A DNA stretch of 63,902 bases, counting the filler, from Octopus bimaculoides (taxonomy: Eukaryota), in assembly GCF_001194135.2 (NCBI RefSeq). It is 6 parts of 5 records of this genome, joined end to end, with 100 filler letters (N's around TTAATTAATTAA, not from the genome) between each part and the next. Parts side by side here need not be neighbours in the genome. Positions count along the whole stretch, not along the records: positions 1 to 28,721 come from NC_068982.1; 5 more parts are not named here. One strand, given 5' to 3'. This document shows, piece after piece, positions 9,983 through 20,636 of this stretch; position 1 is the stretch's first letter; the number at the start of each line of letters is the position of its first letter. A model generated the notes under the pieces. That model was not told where the DNA came from and searched no databases. It saw only the letters and a program-made list of their open reading frames with translations. The position numbers were made by a program, and so were the translations under genes.

Positions 9983-12400
9983 AAGGGCAAATGCGGCAGC
10001 AGGAGCAGGGGAATGAGCTGGGTTGGGAGGTTGGGTTAGGGAAGAAGCTGTAGACCAAGAGGTCTCGTAGGTTGTGGGCTCGTTTGAAGGAGGGGAGGGA
10101 TTGGTTAGGGAAGATCTGTGCAGTGGAGGGGTTGGACTGGAGTCGCCAGAAGGCTCGGAGAATGGTGTGTTGGAGAGGTACGATGGTCGGGTGGTAGGTG
10201 AAGGGAAACGGGGGAGGGGTGAATGCTGGGCAGGTGCAGGGGGAGACAAAGGATGCACAGTCCATGGAACGTGCTCTAGCAAGGGAGGTGGGGATAGTGG
10301 TGAGGGGATATCCACATAGGATGAAGTGGCAAACCATGAGTTGAGACTGAATCTCAAAGTCATGGTTGTCACTGCAGAGCCTGCATAGACAGAGGAATTG
10401 GGAATAGGGGATGGAGAGCTCAGTGTGTTTAGGTTGGGAGGTATGAGTGTGAGTCTGTGTGTTTGTAGTGGATGGAGGTGGTGAGAATGGAGTGATAAAT
10501 GCTGACCAAAATGTAGAGAAAGGTGAATGAGGTGCTAGAAATAGTGCAGGAGAACTGGAGGGCAGGATGGAAAGATATGACAAAAAAGAGGAAGGAGTCT
10601 AAACGTTCACGGGAGAGTGAGGTCGCACTGATTCAGTCATTAATATAACAACCATATAGTTCAGGAGTGGGACCAGTGAAACTTGAGAATATTTGGGCCT
10701 CAACGTAGCCAACGAACAGGTTCACATAGTTGGGGCCCATTCTCATTCCCATGGCCACTCCCGAGACCTTCTCGTAAAAATCGCCCGCGAATGAGAAGTA
10801 GTTGAGAGGACAAGTTCGGCCAGAGGAAAGAGTGTGGATGAGTCAGGTTGGGGGTTGGGTCGAAGGTCAAGGAAATGTTGGAGTCCACAGTCCTTCGTGG
10901 TGAGGGACCACCGTGTATAGATTCTTAATGTCAAGAGTGAAGAGCTGTTTNNNNNNNNNNNNNNNNNNNNNNNNNNNNNNNNNNNNNNNNNNNNNNNNNN
11001 NNNNNNNNNNNNNNNNNNNNNNNNNNNNNNNNNNNNNNNNNNNNNNNNNNNNNNNNNNNNNNNNNNNNNNNNNNNNNNNNNNNNNNNNNNNNNNNNNNNN
11101 NNNNNNNNNNNNNNNNNNNNNNNNNNNNNNNNNNNNNNNNNNNNNNNNNNNNNNNNNNNNNNNNNNNNNNNNNNNNNNNNNNNNNNNNNNNNNNNNNNNN
11201 NNNNNNNNNNNNNNNNNNNNNNNNNNNNNNNNNNNNNNNNNNNNNNNNNNNNNNNNNNNNNNNNNNNNNNNNNNNNNNNNNNNNNNNNNNNNNNNNNNNN
11301 NNNNNNNNNNNNNNNNNNNNNNNNNNNNNNNNNNNNNNNNNNNNNNNNNNNNNNNNNNNNNNNNNNNNNNNNNNNNNNNNNNNNNNNNNNNNNNNNNNNN
11401 NNNNNNNNNNNNNNNNNNNNNNNNNNNNNNNNNNNNNNNNNNNNNNNNNNNNNNNNNNNNNNNNNNNNNNNNNNNNNNNNNNNNNNNNNNNNNNNNNNNN
11501 NNNNNNNNNNNNNNNNNNNNNNNNNNNNNNNNNNNNNNNNNNNNNNNNNNNNNNNNNNNNNNNNNNNNNNNNNNNNNNNNNNNNNNNNNNNNNNNNNNNN
11601 NNNNNNNNNNNNNNNNNNNNNNNNNNNNNNNNNNNNNNNNNNNNNNNNNNNNNNNNNNNNNNNNNNNNNNNNNNNNNNNNNNNNNNNNNNNNNNNNNNNN
11701 NNNNNNNNNNNNNNNNNNNNNNNNNNNNNNNNNNNNNNNNNNNNNNNNNNNNNNNNNNNNNNNNNNNNNNNNNNNNNNNNNNNNNNNNNNNNNNNNNNNN
11801 NNNNNNNNNNNNNNNNNNNNNNNNNNNNNNNNNNNNNNNNNNNNNNNNNNNNNNNNNNNNNNNNNNNNNNNNNNNNNNNNNNNNNNNNNNNNNNNNNNNN
11901 NNNNNGGGAAGTGTATCAGGGAGGGAGAGGGGTAGGGGAGGAGTTGGGGCAGTGGCATCAGCGGTGATGGAATGAAGGAGTGAGTGGAGTTTACGTTGTT
12001 TGGTGTGAGCGAGAAATTGATGAAAGAGATGGTTTAAATGAATTATGTAACATAGTGTTAGCGTAGGAGGGTGACTGAGAGGAGAAGAAGATGGAAAAAG
12101 CCAGAGGGAGAAGGTGGTCGATGGTGTGTATTTTGGAGAGATTAGAACGAATGGTGGCGTGCATAAGGCAGTAGGATGTAGTACAGAGTGTGGGTAGGAT
12201 GGTTGAAGCAGAGTGGGAAGTGGGCTGGAAATGGAAGTGGAAACCTTTAGGGATGAGGCGGTGATGAAGGCAGCAACTGAGAAATGAAAGATGGTTGCAG
12301 AAGCGTGTTTTTTTGAAAATTAGTAGGGAAAGGTTAATAGAAGGTTGAAAGCAGTGGAAAAGAAGTGTGGAAAGGTGTTTTTTTTAGGCAGTGGTGAAGG
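9983..12400 (-). mobile_element. Penelope-like element (Neptune-type), truncated before GIY-YIG
   Basis: LFTLDIKNLYTVVPHHEGL (RT), SIPYSQFLCLCRLCS (thumb) and FKRAHNLRDLLV...FPCSCCRICPY (linker). A 975-nt N gap lies inside; the upper boundary is approximate. Confidence 0.85.
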
Positions 12401-12633
12401 TGGAGGAGGAAAGGTTTGTAATCAGGCATGATTGAAAAACAAGAGAGAGAAAGGAGAAAAAAGGAAAAAGGAGGGGGGGGGGGAGAGAAAGGCAATAAAG
12501 ACATGAGGAGGAAAAATTCAAAAATTGTGGGGAGAAAAAATGCAAATATATACTAATATATATATATANNNNNNNNNNNNNNNNNNNNNNNNNNNNNNNN
12601 NNNNNNNNNNNNNNNNNNNNNNNNNNNNNNNNN

Positions 12634-12679
<46 letters not shown>

Positions 12680-12976
12680 GTATAAGTATTGAACAGAATT
12701 AGAATAATAATGGAAGTAACTATAAATTGTGTTTAATTAGAGATTAAAAGAAATGCAACTGTAGAATATATGTAAGATGCCCCATGAATATAGTATATAA
12801 TTGTGCCATACATAATAGACAATAGAATTCTACAAAAATTTATATAGGTACATTGTCTTTAAGAAACAATTTTTATCTGATCTAAGATCATTTGCATGTG
12901 TAAAATGCAAAACCTCCTCTCCATTATTTAACTATAACCACCATTTTAAGAAAGACAAAATCCTTTACAATATTAC

Positions 12977-13075
12977 CTGGTTTGTTATTAAAATGGGAAG
13001 GCTGCATGAAGAAGGCAGAACTCTATGCAAAGAATTCATTGAGATTTCAAGATGAAGTTTCCACTGTCTTCTAAA
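12977..13075 (-). CDS. Candidate 99-nt phase 0/0 cassette exon of the Rabin8/GRAB gene
   Basis: Acceptor GCTCCTTTTTGGCAG|TTT and donor AAC CAG|GTAATA. Open frame FRRQWKLHLEISMNSLHRVLPSSCSLPILITNQ, with phase matching the 15801 donor. No homology recognised. Confidence 0.4.
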
Positions 13076-13659
13076 CTGCCAAAAAGGAGCTATCATTTTT
13101 TTGCAGACACTAATTCTTGAAAACAATTTTTTTTTACCTTTTATAGATATGTTCTGCTTGAGTTAGATCTATGTATTCCTCATATTTTTCAGTCACTTAC
13201 CTGCTTTGGTGGGGTTTCTAATTTTTAGATTTTATCTGTACCATTTTCTATTGCCAAACATTATAAGTATACATGTTTATGTCATTACAACCCTGTTTAA
13301 TACTTATATATATTAGTTTGTCAATTAATTGTACATTTACTTCTATCACTATTTTGAACTTCTTCCTGTAACCAGATGAATTTCAGCAATCATCTATTTT
13401 TACATCCTTATCTGAATGTTCTACTGAGGTCATCATGTTTTTGTACACTTGGATGATTTCACACATTTTGACAGCTAGACAATCAGGCAGACCTATATCC
13501 AAAGGGGAGCCAAACAGGCCTTCCTTTCAATTTTTATCTTTTTCTTTCTTGCCTTTATACTCATCACCATCATTTAATATCCATTTTCCATGCTGGCATG
13601 GGCTGGACGGTTTGACAGGAGCTGGCCAATCCTTTGATATTTAATTCAACTGCACATTC

Positions 13660-13878
13660 TGCTAACCTTCACCCTACGGACACCTATTTATCTTGAGCAA
13701 ACTACTACAGTTTTGCTTCTGTATCCCTCAGTTCCATCCTCCTTCCTTTTTCTAGTTTTCCATGGCATTCAACTGACTAACTCACTTCTAGCACTTTTTA
13801 TGTATTTCCTCTAACTCATACATACTCTATTAATCTATCTCCCTCTATGAGTTGGTGTTACATATCTAACATTTCTGT

Positions 13879-13910
<32 letters not shown>

Positions 13911-14520
13911 GAACTTCAATAGCTAAAACCCCATTATTTTCTGAATTGTCCAAACAATTTAAACTTGTGTTAATTCATATACATTTGCTAAAATCAATAT
14001 ACTTCATATATATGTATATAGAACTCTATTAATCTATCTCCCTCTATGAGTTGGTGTTACATATCTAACATTTCTGTTATATATACCAAAGAAATATTTG
14101 TAATTGATTACCCACATCCTCCACTCTATTATTTGTGAGGTTCAAGTAGTAACACCCAAGACTTGCGTATCTATCCAGGATGAACCACCATGAAGGACTA
14201 CATGAATTCTCCTCTCTTTCATCTGTGACATTAGAGTATGAACTTTCAGGATATATACCTATCTATGAAGAATTACTATGAACTTTCACACTCTTGATTT
14301 TCCAGTTATTCAATTTAATTTCTCATTTCTGTATAACTACTTCATAAATGATTTGTTGTCTTCTGCAACTACTTGTCCATCTTTCATTTTATGATACTTT
14401 CATTAGCTCAACTGGTATGCTGCCTACAGCCAACACTTATTTTCCTGGATTCAGTGTCCCTTTGTTCAACATTGGAATTTAGGTAGTTGGTTCAGTCTGA
14501 GCACTTATTGTCTGTCTCTA
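13660..14520 (-). mobile_element. Highly decayed LINE RT remnant
   Basis: Only weak motifs such as AVGSIPVELMK (resembles APGPDGIPAELLK) and VRRVKVSRMC; no long ORF. Confidence 0.35.
13824..14085. repeat. About 63-bp exact direct repeat flanking a roughly 140-bp insert
   Basis: ACTCTATTAATCTATCTCCCTCTATGAGTTGGTGTTACATATCTAACATTTCTGTTATATATA at 13824 and 14023. Confidence 0.9.
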
Positions 14521-15384
14521 CTGTATGCCATTTTTTACTATTTTTCTAATTATATATATATATATATATATATAAAACTACACATACACATACATACATA
14601 TACACACATATATATGTAAGTATGCTTGTTTGTATGTAGGTATGTGTGGGTGTGTTTGTACCCTTGCCTTGACAACATGTGATGGTTGTAAATGAGTATC
14701 ACCATCATACAAGTGAAGATGTTTGTTTCCAATCTTTTGTGACAAACACATAGAGGGAAATATTATCTTACTTGGAAATAGATGAGGGTTGGCAACAGGA
14801 AGAGCATTTGGCTGTAGAAAATCTACCCCAATGAATTCCTTCAGAGTCACATAACTATGGAAAAGTAGACACTAAAAAGATGACAATGATGAAATACCAA
14901 TTGTATACAAATAAACTTTCTGGTTATGATAAAAGTCAAGCAACTATGTTAATCTATCCTAAGTTATTTTGTAATTTTCAACAAATACAGGAAGAACACC
15001 CTTGACATAACATCTGTGTCTCCTCTCTATATACCCAGGGTTCACCAGTCACTGCATCCCACATTCCTCACCTTTGCACATTCATATGAGTTCCCTACAC
15101 ATGCACTCTCAGCAACACTTTACTATCCCATTTATAGTCTCATCTCCATACCTTGAGAGTATGCTTTGGCACATTGCCATTATCATTCTTGCTCTCTCTC
15201 ATTCTCACTCACGCTCTCTTTCCTGCTGACTGGAATAACCATGTATCTCCTCTGCAGCGAGACACCTGCTTTCGTCCCTCAGTCACACTCTAACCTTTCA
15301 TCACCTAACACAAAGCCACCTCCACCAATACACTCCTCACTTCTCAGAGGGTCTTTGTCTTGCAAGCTATTTGGTGACCTCGCC

Positions 15385-15778
15385 GGTGCTGGTGCAATGT
15401 AAAAAAAGCACCCAGTTCACTCTGTAAAGTGGATGGCATTTTGAAGGGTATCCAGCTTTAAAATCCATGCCAAAGCAAACTTTGCCAGTGCTGGTAACAT
15501 GTAAAAAAGCACCCAGCCCACTCTGTAAACTGGTTGGTATTAGGAAGGGCATCCAGCCTTAAAAACCCTGCCAAAACAAACCTTGTTAGTGCTGGTGCCA
15601 TGTGAGAAGCACCCAGTCCATTTTGTAAAGTGGTCGGTGTTAGGGAGGGCATCCAGCTGCAAAAACCATGCCAAAAGACAGTGGAGTTTGGTGCAGTGCT
15701 CTGTCTTGTCAGCTCCTGTTGAACTGTCCAACCCATGCCAGCATGGGAGACAGATGTTAAAGGATGATAATGATGATA
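15385..15778 (+). mobile_element. RTE-tail-derived short repeat with internal triplication
   Basis: Three roughly 100-bp diverged units (GTGCTGGT...AAAGCACCCAG...GAAGGGCATCCAGC) followed by TCCAACCCATGCCAGCATGG...GTTAAAGGATGATAATG. Confidence 0.8.
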
Positions 15779-15800
15779 AGAAAAACAAAAAATATCTAAC

Positions 15801-16028
15801 CTGAGTGGTGTGTCCATTTTCTCCTTCATCAGTTTCTCCCCGTGTCTCCTTTGTAAACTCATGGTGGCTGGTTGAACGACGATGTGTTTTCCAAAATGGC
15901 CGACTGCTTTCTTTTTTTTTGTTACTAGTTGTATCAATCTGTGGGTGCAGATGTTTGTTGGGTGTGCTGGGTGTTGATGTAAGGACCAGAGTTTTCAGAG
16001 CAGTCACTTCAGCCTGAAGTATTTCAAT
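15801..16028 (-). CDS. RAB3IL1: Internal exon of Rabin8/GRAB orthologue (Sec2-family Rab GEF; RAB3IP/RAB3IL1)
   Basis: 228 nt, phase 0/0, acceptor TTTTATGGTAG|ATT and donor CAG|GTTAGA. It translates [32 protein letters not shown]...[13 protein letters not shown]..., matching human RAB3IL1 [31 protein letters not shown] (recalled from memory). Invertebrates likely have one gene ancestral to both paralogues. Confidence 0.93.
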
Positions 16029-16835
16029 CTACCATAAAATGAATCAGTTGGCAATTGTTAAACTTCCATTGCAACAGAAGTACATACTCAAGAAATAATT
16101 GTTAGAATATTTTTCCATAAAAATATTCTTGAAGTAATAAATATTTACATTAATTTCAGTGTTATTTTATTTCTAATTAACAAATAAAAATGCAATATTT
16201 TACACATGTTAACAGCTGAGATTAATATGTTCAATCAGGCTATGAAATTGAAATTGTTTAGCAAAACAACAGTATCTAGAGACAACTGTTTAGTTATTAT
16301 TTTAGGTATAAATTTTGTTGTTGGAAATCAACTAAGTTAGACAGTTGCAGAATAAACAAATATGACTGTTTTGAAGAAAGAAAGAAAGAAAGAAGTAGAA
16401 GCAGTAGAGAAATTGGCATTAGAAGTTAACACAGGTATGGAAAACCTCTTTGGACCGAGGAAACAACAATGTTAAAAATGAAAAGTTTGCAAAGGTAGTC
16501 TGTATAATTACATGCAAGAAAATTTTTGGTAGATACACAAAAGATGAAGATTTTTCATGTTTGAATGTATTTATCAGCATTGATACTAACGATGTGAAAG
16601 CAGTAGACTACTAAAAAAGTTTGACAGATGTGGTACATAGTTTTTGCTAGTGAGTTGGCATAATTGAAAAAGGAAGTAGTTGTGGGACAAGAATACTTAT
16701 CAAGAGTGATTAAACTTTGACAACAAAAGAATTACCAAGTAATACACGAAGCAGTTCATCTATCTTCATTTGTAACACAAAACTCAAGTTGTCATAGGTA
16801 TCAAGTCATTGTTTATAAAACAATATTTGTGTATA

Positions 16836-17990
16836 CAAGAGTTGTCTGAAAAGTTCTAAGTTCATGACCAAGTGTAGTTTATTTTCCAATATAGTTCCCC
16901 TTGCAATCCACACACTTCTTCTATCAAGTGTTGCAGTGCTTGGGTCCCACAGGTGAAAAAGCTTTCAATCTGTTGGTCAAAAAAGTCATCATCAGCAGAC
17001 ATGACATCATCATCACTGCAATACTTGTTCCCAGCCAGGTGTTTTTTCATGTTGGAGAACAGATGTTAGTTAGATGACGCCAAATCAGTAGAATAGGGAG
17101 AGTGATCAACCAGTTCAAAGCCATAGTCATGCACAGTGGGCATTGAAACCTAGGACTTCTGTGCTGGAGCATGGTCCTGATGAAACAAGACCCCTTTCAT
17201 CAATTTTCCAGAGCATTTGGTTTTGATAGCCTTTCATAACTGCTTCAGCAAGTTGATATAATACTCCCCACTGATGGTGTGGCACTTTTGATGATATTCA
17301 ATAAAAAATGCCTTTTGCATCTCAAAAAACTTAGGCCATCACCTTTTCTGCAGATGAAACAACAATCTTCTTTGGAGATGGTGAGGAGGGGTTTCCACCA
17401 CATGGATTGTCTCATTGTCTCTTGCTCAAAGTAATGAACTCACTCATGCTGGTGAGGAAATGTTTAAAGGAAACAGCTGGATCTGCTTCAAACAACGTCA
17501 GATTTTCCTGCGATGTGATCAGCTTGGTGCACTTTCAACAAGTGTCTGAAGACATGACACCCACTGAGCAAAAACCTTCATCATGTCAAGACAGGATATA
17601 CTAATAGCATTGGCTATTTGATTTATAGTCAATTGCCTGTCATCCATCATCATGTGGTGAACATGATCAATGTTTTCTTTGGTGGTGACAGTTGCAGGAC
17701 ATCCAGACCTTGGGTTATCTTCAAAACTCTCCTTCCTCATGCATAAATTCAGCTGCCCACTTTTGCACTGCTGACAAAGCTGGTGTATCATCCCTTATGT
17801 AGCAAGCATGTCAGCATGAATATCCTTGAGGGCTAAACCCTTTTTCTAAAGGCACTCAATCTTGTTGATTTTTGAGAGAAGTCACTACTAGCTACTTTTG
17901 AAGTCTTCTTTGAACAATCAGATGTCACAGGGTGAGAGCACTAAGCAGTGATGTGTATAAATGCGACGTTATTGCCAATTCGAATATGCT
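16836..17990 (-). mobile_element. Decayed mariner (DD34D-type) transposon
   Basis: TA then TIR-like CAAGAGTTGTCTGAAAAGTTC at 16836. Fragments KDIHADMLAT, FEDNPRSGCPATVTTKENIDHVHHMMMDDRQLTI and MKKHLAGNKYCSDDDV. The other TIR was not recognised. Confidence 0.88.
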
Positions 17991-18759
17991 AGTGGCACAT
18001 TCAAACTTGTAAGCAAGCCATTCACTGTGTTTTGTCATGGAGAAAACTTCTTGCTGTAGACAAATGGTGTAAATATACCTAAAACAGTTAGCCCTCTGCT
18101 ATTTTCATCAGACCCTAAAGTTATTGTAGTAGATTTTCAAAGTTTCCAAGAAACATATATTCATATAGAGGTGGAGTTGCGTAGATCAGATTTATAAACG
18201 TCAAGAATTTTCCATCCAGGTAATACAGTAGGTGGAGATTGTATCTAACTGAGATGTCCAATGACCTTCTTTGATTTAGTATATAAACTTGGCAAATTGA
18301 CAGTCCTTGACAGGTCAAAAAATCATCAATTTTAAAAAAAGACTAGTTCAAATGAATACAGAGAAAACAGAATAATTACTATATTCCACCAATGAAGAGT
18401 AGTTTGCATATAAGTTAAAACAGAGAAGAGATTTGAAAATAACTAAATGAAGAACAGGAGAGAGTTTACTGAGTATATAATAAATGTATCACTATGAATT
18501 TTTGAAAATATTTAAATCTAACTTCTACTGTGCTTTTTCTTGGAGAGCATCCAAAAAAAAAACCTATTGATACTTCATTTGTGAAATTTAGATGAATATT
18601 TTAGGAAATATGACCATTTGAATGGTCAGTGAGTGAATTGATTGAAATCTTGCCTAATTAGGCCTAAAATTAGCCATATCTGTGGAGCCCTATCTTTGAA
18701 ACAGGTGATAATCCTTTTTAAATTACACAAATTAATAGTGTCCATGGGATAGCTTTTGC

Positions 18760-19330
18760 TTATCCAGAAGAAGAAGATCTGATTTGGTTTTTCTCTAATG
18801 AGAAAAACTTCCACCAAGATCAAAAAGTCAACAGAAGAAATGACAGATGTTCCCAATTTCCAAGTGTTATACATACAAAATTTCCTGAAACTGTCATGGT
18901 TTTAGGGGTTGTCAGCAATGAAGGACATGTGATGCCTCCTTACATCTTTCCACAAGGCCTTAGAGTTAATTCTGCTGCCTACATTGAGGTGTTGGAAATA
19001 ATTGTTAAGCCCTGGATAGACAGTGTATACAATGGAAGGCCATATGTGCTTCAGTAACACTCTGAACTATCACACATGGCTCTAGTAACAAGAATGGATG
19101 GCTGAAAATTTTTATGATCACATAACTCTTAACATTTGGCCTCCTAAATCCCCAGATCTCAATCCATTGGACTATTACATGTGGAGCGTTGAGAGATAGA
19201 GGTCAATGACCACATCCATAACACCAAAGATTCTTTGAAAGCTGCCATAGTCAGAGTAATGTCCAAAATGAACCAGGACCAGTTGATTCGAGCATGTAGA
19301 TGACTTAGATTTAATATAGAAGCAGTTGAA
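18760..19330 (+). mobile_element. Tc1/mariner-superfamily (maT-like) transposase fragment
   Basis: TKFPETVMVLGVVSNEGHVMPPYIFPQGLRVN and WPPKSPDLNPLDYYMWSV, with stops. Confidence 0.8.
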
Positions 19331-20109
19331 TAACATTATAGAAAAGAAGATTTATTTCTATCAGAATAGCATTTTTTAATAAATAAAGTTATCTGTTATT
19401 ATATATCTGTTTTTTTTATATAAACAGAAATTTGTGCTCAAATATCTTATGCACCCTGTATATGTATTTACATACATATATGCTATTCAAATCAATATGT
19501 TACCATTTAACTAATTATCTGTTCAATTATTCATTTGAACTTATGTTTATGCACATGTGTTTGTATGTGTGCACACTCATGCGCTTATACGTGTATTCTC
19601 CCATTTATCTACCCTTCTAACAACTAAACACATCTTTTTTTAAAAACTTTTTAATAATATTTAAGCAAACACACTTGACAATATTATAAATGTCTGACTA
19701 TTATTTTATTATTATTTAACTACTTTCTTTTTGATTGCATTGGTAACCAAATTTATGTAGATTAATTAATTATTATTCAATTACCATTATTTGTTTTGCT
19801 TTGACAACCAAATCTATACCAAATTATAATTATATAAATATATAAATATAAATATAATTTTAAACATTCATACCAGCAAAAAATTCTTACACAATTCTCT
19901 ATCCCTTTACATCCTTCTAGCTTAAAATCAATAATGAAACACAAACTTATGCAGACATAATACTTTAAATAAACAGTTAGACCAATTTAAATTCTCTAGA
20001 AACGCTATCGAGTTTGAAAAATATTTAAAATTCCACTAACCAATCAAATTTAACTGATCTAAAGGGATTTATGTCACTTTCTTCTTAGGGGTGATGAATG
20101 ATAAATAGT

Positions 20110-20510
20110 ATAAGCATATTTACATGTCATCATCATCATCGTTGTTTAACGTCCGCTTTCCATGCTAACATGGGTTGGACGATTTGACTGAGGACTGGTG
20201 AAACCAGATGGCTACACCAGGCTCCAATCTGATCTGGCAGAGTTTCTATGGCTGGAGTTTCTACAGCTGGATGCCCTTCCTAACGCTAACCACTCCGAGA
20301 GTGTAGTGGGTGCTTTTACGTGCCACTGGCACGAAGGCCAGTCAGGCGGTACTGGCAATGGCCACGCTCAAAATGGTGTATTTTACGTGCCACCTGCACA
20401 GGAGCCAGTTCGGCAGCACTGGCAACGATCTCGCTCGAATGTCTTTACACGTGCCATCCGGCACAAGTGCTAGGAAGGCGATGCTGGGCACATGTGCCAT
20501 TGACGGGACG
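20110..20510 (-). mobile_element. RTE-tail-derived short repeat (SINE-like)
   Basis: Reverse complement ends GTCCAACCCATGTTAGCATGGAAAGCGGACGTTAAACAACGATGATGATG; same family as 6240-6485 and 28822-29016. Confidence 0.85.
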
Positions 20511-20543
20511 GTGCGTGTGTGTATTGATATGTGTATATATGCT

Positions 20544-20632
<89 letters not shown>

Positions 20633-20636
<4 letters not shown>

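Noticed and set aside
13195-13260. Strong minus-strand donor GCAG|GTAAGT at 13201
   Set aside because: All three frames upstream hit stops within about 45 nt and there is no convincing acceptor.
13375-13525. Minus frame GLFGSPLDIGLPDCLAVKMCEIIQVYKNMM as an exon
   Set aside because: Upstream sequence is purine-rich with no acceptor, the frame ends in a stop without a donor, and it lies next to decayed LINE sequence.
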